Positions 1 to 7,519 of a stretch of 64,000 bases of DNA are shown one piece after another; within the stretch, counting starts at the first letter, position 1, and every line of letters starts with the position of its first letter. Source of the DNA: a virus. Made by a program: the position numbers and the translations under genes. The stretch is taken from IMG/VR virus record IMGVR_UViG_3300045136_000892, one strand, 5' to 3'. The notes below the pieces were generated by a model that saw nothing but the letters and a program-made list of their open reading frames with translations, made no database searches and was not told the DNA's origin.

Positions 1-439
1 CGAGTAGCGCTTCTTTCTCGCGCAAATAGGCCTTGGCAAAAGCCTTATCGTGCTCCACGATGGACCCCGTGTTGTCGATCAGGTCGGCCAGCTTGATCGT
101 AGCGCCGTCCGGCGACGATCGGGCCAGATGTTCCCTATCCAGCCGCTTCCTCACCTCGCGGCTCCCATCCTCAAGCCGGGACACATCGGTCACCTCGATC
201 ACGAGCAGAGTCACCCTTTCGCCGAAGACGTCCTGAAGCTCGGCCGGCGTCACTTCTGTGTCCTCCAGCACGTCGTGCAGAGCGGCGGCAGCGATCACGG
301 CAGGGTAACTGATGTACTCGGCAACGATGGAGGCGACGTTCCGGCAGTGGTTGGCATACGGCTCGCCGGTGTATTTCCGCTTCTGCTGCCGATGGGCACA
401 CTTGGCGAAGCCGAGGGCCAGAGTCGGCAGGTCTGTCAT
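1..439 (-). CDS. HD-domain RelA/SpoT-type hydrolase (small alarmone hydrolase/Mesh1-like), runs off the left edge
   Basis: Not in the ORF track. Manual translation from ATG 439 (ATGA overlap with the rtcB stop): MTDLPTLALGFAKCAHRQQKRKYTGEPYANHC...AAALHDVLEDT...IKLADLIDN. Contains the AHxxQxRK, PY, HDxxED and KLAD motifs. Confidence 0.85.
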   Translation of the reverse strand, partial: MTDLPTLALGFAKCAHRQQKRKYTGEPYANHCRNVASIVAEYISYPAVIAAAALHDVLEDTEVTPAELQDVFGERVTLLVIEVTDVSRLEDGSREVRKRLDREHLARSSPDGATIKLADLIDNTGSIVEHDKAFAKAYLREKEALL

Positions 440-1677
440 CCCTTCACGCATAGCACCTGCTTCAGCTCATAAGCGATTTCCACCAGATCCTGCTGCGCCG
501 CCATGACCGCATCGATCGGCTTGTAGGCCGCCGGGCTCTCGTCCAGGACCCCTTCGTCCTTTCGGCACTCGACACCAGCAGTCGCCTTTGCGTGGTCTTC
601 GAGGCTGACGCGTTTGCTGGCCTCGCCCCGGCTCATCACCCGTCCGGCGCCGTGCGAGCAGCTGCAGAATGATTCCTGGTTGCCCTTGCCCCGCACGATG
701 AACGACCGGGCACCCATCGAGCCGGGGATGATCCCCAGATCGCCTTGGCGGGCACGGACGGCCCCCTTGCGGGTGAGCCAGACGTTCTTGCCATAGTGCT
801 GCTCGCGGGCCACGTAGTTGTGGTGGCAGTTCACCGCAACCTCGTCCGGGCGGCCGACCCGGCCGGGGAAGTGCCGCTCCAGCACCCTGAGCACCGCCCG
901 CATCATCACCTCGCGGTTCGCCCGGGCGAAGTCCTGCGCCCAGGTCAGGGCCTCGACGTAGTCGTCGAAAAGGTCTGACCCTTCCGGAATGTAGGCCAGG
1001 TCGGCGTCCGGCAGGTTGACGAACCAGCGGCGCATCTCCGCCTTGGCCCGCTCGATGAAGTAAATGCCGAACTTGTTCCCGATGCCCCGACTGCCGGAGT
1101 GGAGCATCACCCAGATAGCCCCGTCGGTGTCGAGGCACAGCTCGATGAAGTGGTTTCCGGTGCCGAGCGTGCCGAGGTGGTGCGGAGCGCGTGTTGCGGA
1201 CCGGGCCAGGTCGGGGTGCTTGGCGACGATGGCTTCGAGGCGTTCCTGAAGCGACGGCCCGAAGGCATCACTCTTGAACGCCCACGCGGATTCGTCCGGC
1301 AGATCGCCCCAAGCCCCACGATCGCTCGCCCCGCCGTTGTCGGTGCGACCGTGCGGCACCGCCGCCTCGATGTCGGAGCGGATCTCGAACAGGTTGTCGG
1401 GCAGGTCCTCAGCCCGAAGTCCGGTCCGAACGGCCATCATGCCGCAACCGATATCCACGCCCACAGCCGCCGGAATGATCGCCCCGACTGTGGGGATGAC
1501 CGAGCCGACGGTGGCCCCCATGCCCCAGTGGACGTCAGGCATGACCGCGACATGGTGATGGATGAAGGGCATCCGGGCGACGTTGCGGAGCTGGTCGACG
1601 GCTTTCTGGTCGAGAGGTACGCCTTCGGTCCAGCCGTAGATCGGAACGGCTTCCTTGCCGAGGAACTGCCTACTCAT
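436..1677 (-). CDS. rtcB: RtcB RNA 3'-phosphate/5'-OH ligase
   Basis: Motifs MPDVH, GVDIGCG, GTLGTGNHFIE, HSGSRG, HHN, GSMG, HGAGR, DESPAAYK. Start placed at ATG 1677, which overlaps the upstream stop. Confidence 0.96.
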   Translation of the reverse strand: MSRQFLGKEAVPIYGWTEGVPLDQKAVDQLRNVARMPFIHHHVAVMPDVHWGMGATVGSVIPTVGAIIPAAVGVDIGCGMMAVRTGLRAEDLPDNLFEIRSDIEAAVPHGRTDNGGASDRGAWGDLPDESAWAFKSDAFGPSLQERLEAIVAKHPDLARSATRAPHHLGTLGTGNHFIELCLDTDGAIWVMLHSGSRGIGNKFGIYFIERAKAEMRRWFVNLPDADLAYIPEGSDLFDDYVEALTWAQDFARANREVMMRAVLRVLERHFPGRVGRPDEVAVNCHHNYVAREQHYGKNVWLTRKGAVRARQGDLGIIPGSMGARSFIVRGKGNQESFCSCSHGAGRVMSRGEASKRVSLEDHAKATAGVECRKDEGVLDESPAAYKPIDAVMAAQQDLVEIAYELKQVLCVKG

Positions 1678-2968
1678 TGGCAGATTCAAACTTCACGATG
1701 TAGTCGAGGACCTTGTTCGACCAGCCGTCGATGTGGACCCACTGGCCGTAGCCGACGCCATTCTTGTTGCTCGCGACGTTGATCAGGTAGCCCTTCATCT
1801 GCGGTACCGGGTCGTGGCTCTGCTCGTCGGTGATGACGATCAGCCGATCCCGAGCCGGCAGCGAGCGGACCGCCTTACCCAGTTCCGTCCCGCCGTGCGG
1901 CTGAGCACCAGTGATCGCATCCCGAAGGGCAAACCCACGCCGTCCCGGCACCTCGACCAGGCTGTTGGAGAAGGTGAAGACCCGCAGGTCGGAAAACATC
2001 TCCCGGCCGATCATCGCCAGCGAGCAGGCCACATCCATCCGGTTCAGCTCGGACTTGGAGGACAGCGCGGAGTCCATCGATCCCGACACGTCCACCAGGA
2101 TGATCGTCTTGCCGCCCAGCTTCTCGCGGCCCGCGAAGCACTCGAAGAACTTGGCCTCCAGCTCAGGCTCGAACTGGGGGTTGTGCCGCGCCGAGGCGAT
2201 GAAGTTGATCGGTAGGAGTCGACCGGCCTTCACGTCGCGCAGGCCTTCGCGGATCGCCTGGTCCTCCACGCCCGCCTTCGTCATATTGCGGACGTTGCGG
2301 AGCATGGCGAGTCCGCCAAGCTTGCCCTCGGAGAGTAGACGAGACCACGAGGCCTTCTTGTCACCACCCTTCGACAGCTCGACCTCCCAGGTATCCGGAG
2401 TAGCCAGCTCGCCTTTGACGAGCTTGCGCCAAAGCTCGGCCTGTTCGAGATTGGCCGGCTTGGGGCGGGTGATCCGCAGGGCGTCGCGCAGTTTGACCGC
2501 CTTCTGACCTCCGTTGTACTTGGCTAGCTGGTACTCGTCGAACTTGCGGAAGGAGTCGCCCAGGCCGCGCTTGACCTGCTTGGCCAGCGGTTCGTCCTTG
2601 TTAGCCTTCCAATAGATTGACAGGAACTCGGTGATATCGTCCGGGCGGAGGATGACGCGGGGAAAGAGCCCCTTGGCCTGCGCACGGCCTTCCTTGGTCC
2701 GCATCAGCTCACGGGCGAGCAGGAGCGGGACGTGGCGGAGGCGCATGTCCTCCTTCGCCTGGACGGCGACGCGGGCGACATCCTCGGCAGGCACGAGCTT
2801 CACCAGCTCGGCGATCCGCTGGCCGATGGTCTGGCCGTCCTCGTAGAACTCCGACTCCCAGAGCAGGCAGGACATGACGGAGCGTTCGAGTTGAGCGAGC
2901 GCGTTGATACGGGCAGCCGGAGCGCCTTCGTGGGTGAACTCCTTGCGGATTCGGTTCAGGGTAGCCAT
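1670..2968 (-). CDS. rsr: Ro60/TROVE-domain RNA-binding protein with C-terminal vWA domain
   Basis: N-terminal THEGA, FDEYQLAKY, TWEVELS, AMLRN; vWA MIDAS DVSGSM, GGT and ITDEQ. Lies between rtcB and the Y RNAs. Confidence 0.93.
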   Translation of the reverse strand: MATLNRIRKEFTHEGAPAARINALAQLERSVMSCLLWESEFYEDGQTIGQRIAELVKLVPAEDVARVAVQAKEDMRLRHVPLLLARELMRTKEGRAQAKGLFPRVILRPDDITEFLSIYWKANKDEPLAKQVKRGLGDSFRKFDEYQLAKYNGGQKAVKLRDALRITRPKPANLEQAELWRKLVKGELATPDTWEVELSKGGDKKASWSRLLSEGKLGGLAMLRNVRNMTKAGVEDQAIREGLRDVKAGRLLPINFIASARHNPQFEPELEAKFFECFAGREKLGGKTIILVDVSGSMDSALSSKSELNRMDVACSLAMIGREMFSDLRVFTFSNSLVEVPGRRGFALRDAITGAQPHGGTELGKAVRSLPARDRLIVITDEQSHDPVPQMKGYLINVASNKNGVGYGQWVHIDGWSNKVLDYIVKFESANE

Positions 2969-2989
2969 GACACACCTACTTTCAATTGC

Positions 2990-3116
2990 GGGCGGGGAAG
3001 ATTCGGAGAGGGACGAAACTGAGCTACTGAACCTTGCGGCCCAGGCGGGGATCGAACCCGCGACCTCCGGCGAACCGGCGCTCTATCCAAAGTATCCCTG
3101 TCCTGCACCACCGCCC
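2990..3116 (-). ncRNA. Y RNA unit 4 (closest to rsr); tRNA-like module opened in the D-loop
   Basis: Terminal stem GGGCGGUGGUGCAGGACAGGGAUACUU...UCCCUCUCCGAAUCUUCCCCGCCC. Inside: GAGC, CCGG-UUCG-CCGG, AGGUC, T-arm GCGGG-UUCGAUC-CCCGC, acceptor stem closed by GCAA, UA-GCUC. Confidence 0.85.
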
Positions 3117-3128
3117 TGTTGCGGAAAC

Positions 3129-3258
3129 CGTGCGGGGAAGAAACGACAAAGGTACAAAGCGTCCTAACCATTAGACGACGGCCCCGAAGGACCGGCGGGA
3201 TTCGAACCCGCATCTCTCTCGTGGAAAGAGAAGTAACCCTTGCCTGCACCACCGCACG
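3129..3258 (-). ncRNA. Y RNA unit 3, YrlA-like; permuted tRNA with a UCC anticodon loop
   Basis: Same terminal scaffold. CUC-UUUCCAC-GAGAG, T-arm GCGGG-UUCGAAU-CCCGC, acceptor CGGUCC-UUCG-GGGCCG, D-arm GUCU-AAUGGUUA-GGAC. Confidence 0.88.
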
Positions 3259-3269
3259 ATGGTTCAAGA

Positions 3270-3403
3270 GGAGGGGGAAGAGACGATAAAGGCACGTACG
3301 TGCTCTACCAGCTGAGCTACCGGCAGGTCGATCTGCCGGACGGGACTCGAACCCGCGACCACGCGATTACAAGTCGAAGTAACCCTTATCTGCACCACCC
3401 TCC
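3270..3403 (-). ncRNA. Y RNA unit 2, YrlA-like; permuted tRNA with a UGU anticodon loop
   Basis: Same scaffold. CGA-CUUGUAA-UCGCG, UGGUC, T-arm GCGGG-UUCGAGU-CCCGU, acceptor CCGGCAG-AUCGAC-CUGCCGG, D-arm GCUC-AGCUGGUA-GAGC. Confidence 0.88.
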
Positions 3404-3412
3404 AAAACTTAA

Positions 3413-3474
3413 GAGCCGGGAAGATCGTCGAAGGTTCGCTTTCCAATAAGTAGCCCTCGACTGCACCACGGCCC
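3413..3474 (-). ncRNA. Y RNA unit 1; minimal scaffold with no tRNA module
   Basis: GCCGUGGUGCAGUCGAGGGCUACUU-short loop-CCUUCGACGAUCUUCCCGGC. Shares the GUGGUGCAG, AGGGNUACUU and UCUUCCC motifs with the other three units. Confidence 0.75.
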
Positions 3475-3484
3475 GATGCAAATC

Positions 3485-3513
3485 ACCCTAGTGCAGGTTG
3501 CACGCAAGCGCAA
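3485..3513 (-). promoter_or_regulatory. Putative sigma70 promoter of the Y RNA-rsr-rtcB operon, with a palindrome in the spacer
   Basis: Minus strand TTGCGC-17 nt-TAGGGT; spacer contains GTGCA-ACC-TGCAC (3491-3503). Confidence 0.5.
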
Positions 3514-3625
3514 GCATTATTTTAATCGTCATTCAACCTCTTTGATTCCCGGCTATTGCGGCCTCGCGGGGGCTTGTTAAAATGGGCAATCTCGCGGCTG
3601 ATTCCCGCTACCTGACGAGGTCGCC

Positions 3626-4066
3626 ATGGCCCGCAAGAAGACGGCAGCCCCGAAGCACGTCGAGCCCGAGGAAGAGGGCCCGGAAGGCGAGGAGGGAGGC
3701 GGCCAGGAAGGGCACGGCATCATCTCGAAGGCGGAGGCAATCCGCCGAATGCTGGCCGAGGGTATCGAGAATCCCTCTGTGGCTTCGGCTGAGATCAGGA
3801 CCCGATTCGGCATCGACGTAACGCCGCAGCATTTCAGCGCGACCAAGAGCCAGATGAAGAGCCGAGAGGCCGCCAAGAAGGGCAAGCCAGGCCGGAAACC
3901 GAAGGCAGCCCCTAGCCAAGCCGTCGAGGGCTACCTGGCTCCGCCGCCGAAGCCATCAACGGACGGCGAGCAACCTGACCTGCTGGCGGCCATCGAAGCG
4001 ATGAAGCCGCTGGTGGAGGCGCTGGGTAAGGAGAAGGCCCATCGCATCGTCGATCTGCTGGGGTGA
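3626..4066 (+). CDS. Hypothetical basic protein, possibly DNA-binding
   Basis: RBS GAGG; Lys-rich; SKAEAIRRML helix and GKPGRKPK AT-hook-like segment; divergent from the Y RNA operon. Confidence 0.65.
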   Translation: MARKKTAAPKHVEPEEEGPEGEEGGGQEGHGIISKAEAIRRMLAEGIENPSVASAEIRTRFGIDVTPQHFSATKSQMKSREAAKKGKPGRKPKAAPSQAVEGYLAPPPKPSTDGEQPDLLAAIEAMKPLVEALGKEKAHRIVDLLG

Positions 4067-4159
4067 GCGACGATACAATCTGTGGAAGAGAACATCTGAC
4101 GGCTGATCCGACCGTCATCCTCAGGCTACTCGCAGCTAGGCCGCGGCCGGAGTCTATCG

Positions 4160-4717
4160 ATGCCAGAAGCACCACACGTACCAACCCTGACCGACCTCGC
4201 GCTCCTCCCTCGGTGGGCGAAGGTTCTGTTCCTTTCGAGGTGTGCCGCCAGGGTCATCCCTCTCATCCGTACTCAATGGCCCAGTTTGTCGGCCGGGGAC
4301 TTGATGGTCATCGGGATGGCTGGGGCGAACGCGGATGCGTCGGCGCGGCTCGGACGAGAGGTTCACGTTGGGGCGGACCCGCTACCACGGTTGATGGAAC
4401 TTATCGAGAGTGCCGAGCAGCAGGACAATATGGCTGGCTATGGCTTGGCGGTATGCGCTACAGCAGCTGGGCTGGCACAGGCCGAATCCGCCGAAAAGGC
4501 CACCAACCTTGCTGGTGCAGCACTTGAGCACATGATTCAGTCTTATGCTGTCAGCGGGCTAAACGAGGGCGCCGTTGTCGGGTCTGTATGGCTCGATTAC
4601 AAGGCCCTCCGGGACGCCGCACAAGCGGGCAGTTGGAACAACGAAACCCGGATGACCGACGGCATCCTCGGCGAGCTTTGGCCGCATGGCACCCCTCCGG
4701 GCTGGCCCACCGAATAA
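4160..4717 (+). CDS. Hypothetical protein
   Basis: 185-aa ORF with GGAG RBS and protein-like composition. Confidence 0.55.
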   Translation: MPEAPHVPTLTDLALLPRWAKVLFLSRCAARVIPLIRTQWPSLSAGDLMVIGMAGANADASARLGREVHVGADPLPRLMELIESAEQQDNMAGYGLAVCATAAGLAQAESAEKATNLAGAALEHMIQSYAVSGLNEGAVVGSVWLDYKALRDAAQAGSWNNETRMTDGILGELWPHGTPPGWPTE

Positions 4718-4790
4718 AGCTAAAATCGACCTGGTGTACATCGCGTACGTTTCGCTGGTCATGAGCCTGCGAACGGCGTATCCTCGCCGC

Positions 4791-5426
4791 ATGAAACGCC
4801 TTACCCTCATCCTCCTCATCCTCGCGGTCTGGCCGTTCCCGACCGTCGCCGCCGATTTCGCGGCCTGGGTCATTGGCGTCTCCGACGGCGACACGCTGAC
4901 TGTCCTGACCGCCGAGAAGCGGCAGGTCAAGGTTCGGCTGCACGGCATCGACGCACCGGAGACGGGGCAGGACTTTGGCACGCGCGCGAAGCAGGCGGCT
5001 TCGGAGCTGGCCTTCGGCAAGCAGGTAACCGTCCGGGAGGTGGACAGGGACCGCTATGGGCGCACCGTGGCCGAGGTAATCCTGCCGGATGGCCGTTCGC
5101 TCAATCGCGAGATGGTGCGCGGCGGGATGGCTTGGTGGCACAGGACCTATGCGCCGGCCGACCGCGAGCTGGCCTCGCTGGAAGCCGAGGCTAAGGCCAC
5201 GAAGCGCGGCCTGTGGGCCCAGCCCGGGGCCATCCCGCCGTGGGAATGGAGGAGTAGCAAGGGCGACCCCGTCACGGCGGAGGTCGTGGGGAACCGCCGG
5301 AGCATGATCTACCACGCACTGAACTGCCGGGGCGCAACCGCAATCAGCGAGAAGAACCGGGTGGCGTTCAAGACTGCGGCCGAGGCCGAGGCTGCGGGCT
5401 ACCGGAAGGCGAGGGATTGCAAATAG
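4791..5426 (+). CDS. Secreted thermonuclease (SNase-like) with C-terminal Ada-like metal-binding domain
   Basis: Signal peptide; DGDT, VRLHGIDAPE, DRYGR, LNREMVRGG, GLWA; C-terminal GNRRSMIYHALNC...AEAAGYRKARDC. Confidence 0.9.
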   Translation: MKRLTLILLILAVWPFPTVAADFAAWVIGVSDGDTLTVLTAEKRQVKVRLHGIDAPETGQDFGTRAKQAASELAFGKQVTVREVDRDRYGRTVAEVILPDGRSLNREMVRGGMAWWHRTYAPADRELASLEAEAKATKRGLWAQPGAIPPWEWRSSKGDPVTAEVVGNRRSMIYHALNCRGATAISEKNRVAFKTAAEAEAAGYRKARDCK

Positions 5427-5557
5427 CCGCCTGCTCGCTGGCGTTGCTGGTCGCCCCGCTCCGGCTCAGAATAGGTTGCCAATTTCCATGCGCAACTATT
5501 GCCTTGCGCGTTCCCGGGCCTACAATTCCTGTGGACATCAGTTCACAGGAGGCCGCC

Positions 5558-5824
5558 ATGAAGCCACGCCATGCGAACGTCCTCAAGGATATGGGCTGCA
5601 CCGTTGAGCTCGAAGCTTTCCGTCGCGTGCTGGCGGAGGTGAAGGCCGAATTGTTCCCGGACATGACCGACGAGGAGCTCTGCTACACCCGCGATCAGGC
5701 GTCCGACTACTGCGCGGAGGTCAAGAAGCGGGTCGGTGCCCCCAAGCTCACCCGAGTCTTCATCCTCCGGTCGCTGGTCGGGCTCAGGAAGCAGCGGAAG
5801 CGAGCGGCCGGGGCTCGGGCTTGA
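5558..5824 (+). CDS. Hypothetical protein
   Basis: AGGAGG RBS before ATG 5558; 88 aa. Confidence 0.6.
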   Translation: MKPRHANVLKDMGCTVELEAFRRVLAEVKAELFPDMTDEELCYTRDQASDYCAEVKKRVGAPKLTRVFILRSLVGLRKQRKRAAGARA

Positions 5825-5892
5825 CCGCCATTATGCACCAACCTCACCACCCGCCCGGCTGAATTCCCCGCCCCGCCTGCTACCCTGCCCGC

Positions 5893-6306
5893 ATGGCCGA
5901 TCCGCACGTCATCACCGCCCTCGTGGAGAAGTACAGCCGTACTCTCGGCAGGCTCAGGGACTGCGAGCGGGAGGCGGAGACGCTGCGGGCGGACCTTTCC
6001 CACCTGGAGGCCGCAATCCGGCTGTTTCGGGCCGACTATGATTTCACGGTAATCCTCCCGCGCCGCCGGTACACCCCGCAGGCTAGCCGGACCCTGATCC
6101 GCCGGGCGCTTGACGTGCTGCGGGATGCCGATGAGCCGCTGACTAGCCGAGGGGTGGCGCTGGCCCTGACCGAGGGAGAGCCGGAGGAACTGGCCCTGCG
6201 GAAGCTGGCGAACAACCTGACCGGACGGCTCCGCAGGCAGCAGAAGGCAGGCGTGGTGCGGGCGCTGGAGGGCAGCGGGGCGGTCAGGTGGGAGTTGGTG
6301 CGTTGA
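5893..6306 (+). CDS. Coiled-coil plus winged-HTH passenger protein
   Basis: N-terminal coiled coil; C-terminal DVLRDADEPLTSRGVA...GVVR...VRWEL wHTH-like pattern. Confidence 0.6.
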   Translation: MADPHVITALVEKYSRTLGRLRDCEREAETLRADLSHLEAAIRLFRADYDFTVILPRRRYTPQASRTLIRRALDVLRDADEPLTSRGVALALTEGEPEELALRKLANNLTGRLRRQQKAGVVRALEGSGAVRWELVR

Positions 6307-6514
6307 CGGGGCGGGGTTGCGGCCAAGTGGGCGGGGGCGAGCGGCGGGGGAAGCTGTGCGCGTGGAAGTGGGTGGAGGGGGCGGGGAGAGGTATGGGGTG
6401 GGGAAGTGAAGGGCGGATATTTTTAAAATATTTCAACACCATAGCGAGTTTCTAGCGCTATGCTTAAAAATCAGTTGCTTAACATTCCGAAGACGACTAC
6501 TTTATCCTTAGGCG

Positions 6515-6604
6515 TGCCCGTGATCGGACTCGAACCAACATACCCGCGTGAGCTAAGGTGCCAGGATGACAGCCTGGTGCGTCTACCAATTCCGCCACAC
6601 GGGC
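6515..6604 (-). tRNA. Atypical class II tRNA: Leu-type body with GUC (Asp) anticodon; CCA not encoded
   Basis: GCCCGUG acceptor/CACGGGC-A73; D-arm GGCGGAAUUGGUAGACGC; CCAGG-CU-GUC-AU-CCUGG; ~21-nt variable arm; GUUGG-UUCGAGU-CCGAU. Confidence 0.88.
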
Positions 6605-6707
6605 ACACCTAAGGATAAGTGCGTCCACACCGTAAAGCCGGGCATGGACGCGGTAGTCATCTAACTACGGAGGGGGCATATTCATGTTCCTTTTGTTGGT
6701 TGGACTC

Positions 6708-6753
6708 AGCAGCGGCCCGTTTGTTCATTGGTGATGAGGACGGGCCGTTTGCT
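6708..6753. other. Long hairpin (possible terminator or processing site) between the 134-aa ORF and the tRNA
   Basis: AGCAGCGGCCCGT...ACGGGCCGTTTGCT inverted repeat. Confidence 0.5.
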
Positions 6754-6763
6754 ATTCTGGGTG

Positions 6764-7168
6764 CTACACCAAAGACCAGATTTCGTCCTTGTAGCTAAAT
6801 ACGTCCTTTCGCTTCTGTAAGGCTCCTGAAACCACGTTTCCCGGCTTGGGTCCCGCGATAGCGATGCCCTGCTTCTCGGCAGCAAGCAGTATCTGCTTTG
6901 TGGCGCAGAAGTCGGCTTTCATAAGGTACAAGTACGCGATATTCTGGATTTGTTCTTCGACGGTTCGCGGTGTCGGGTTAGGCAGTCTGCCCTGCTCACC
7001 CCCTGCCGTTGCGCGCTGCGTGTAGAGCTTCACCAGTTCTTGCTCTTTGGATCGGCGCTCGTTGACGAGATGGCGGATTTCGCCCTGCTTTTTCTCGATC
7101 TGGGTGTCAATTCCGTGTATCTCGGCAATCAGTGCTTTTTCGGTGTCGGTGGAGGGGTCGGTAACCAT
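6764..7168 (-). CDS. Coiled-coil plus HARE/winged-HTH-like protein
   Basis: 134 aa; C-terminal KQILLAAEKQGIAIAGPKPGNVVSGALQKRKDVF...IWSL. Confidence 0.65.
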   Translation of the reverse strand: MVTDPSTDTEKALIAEIHGIDTQIEKKQGEIRHLVNERRSKEQELVKLYTQRATAGGEQGRLPNPTPRTVEEQIQNIAYLYLMKADFCATKQILLAAEKQGIAIAGPKPGNVVSGALQKRKDVFSYKDEIWSLV

Positions 7169-7200
7169 AACTCAAGGTGCTTATGTTGATAAGGTGCCTT

Positions 7201-7229
7201 ACCCTACCAATCGGTTGGCAACGTGTCAA
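7201..7229 (-). promoter_or_regulatory. Sigma70 promoter for the 134-aa ORF and possibly the tRNA
   Basis: TTGACA-17 nt-TAGGGT; AAGGTGC(C)TTA direct repeats near the predicted start site. Confidence 0.65.
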
Positions 7230-7304
7230 TCGTCAAGATTATTGAACTGCGTCGGGGACCCCTACCGCACCCACCGCTGGCTATCCCGACGCCTACGACC
7301 GGCG

Positions 7305-7333
7305 TTGACATTTCCCTCTTGTCTCTCTAGCCT
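7305..7333 (+). promoter_or_regulatory. Sigma70 promoter for the structured RNA and small peptide
   Basis: TTGACA-17 nt-TAGCCT. Confidence 0.7.
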
Positions 7334-7361
7334 CCCTCCCCGAGGCGGCATGTGTCGCCTT

Positions 7362-7500
7362 GGGGCTTGATAACCCCTTGGTTAGCGGTTTTGTACAGCC
7401 GTGATTTGTACTCCTCGCTTACGGCGGGGAGGCGTGCGCGCATGTTCAGGCGCGAGCTAAAGGCGCACGCGACCTTCTAACCAAGGTTTATCAACTCCCC
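7362..7500 (+). ncRNA. Structured multibranch RNA or 5' leader
   Basis: Closing stem GGGGCTTGATAACCCCTTGGTTAG/CTAACCAAGGTTTATCAACTCCCC encloses three hairpins: GTACA/TGTAC, CTCCTCGC/GCGGGGAG, GCGTGCGC/GCGCACGC. Confidence 0.65.
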
Positions 7501-7519
7501 GTCACCAGTGGGGATTGTT

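Noticed and set aside
50-472. 140-aa plus-strand ORF
   Set aside because: Antisense to the HD hydrolase, which has clear motifs.
2990-3474. CRISPR array or ordinary tRNA cluster
   Set aside because: The repeats are paired ends of individual hairpin RNAs, and the tRNA parts are permuted with closed acceptor stems. No cas operon is present.
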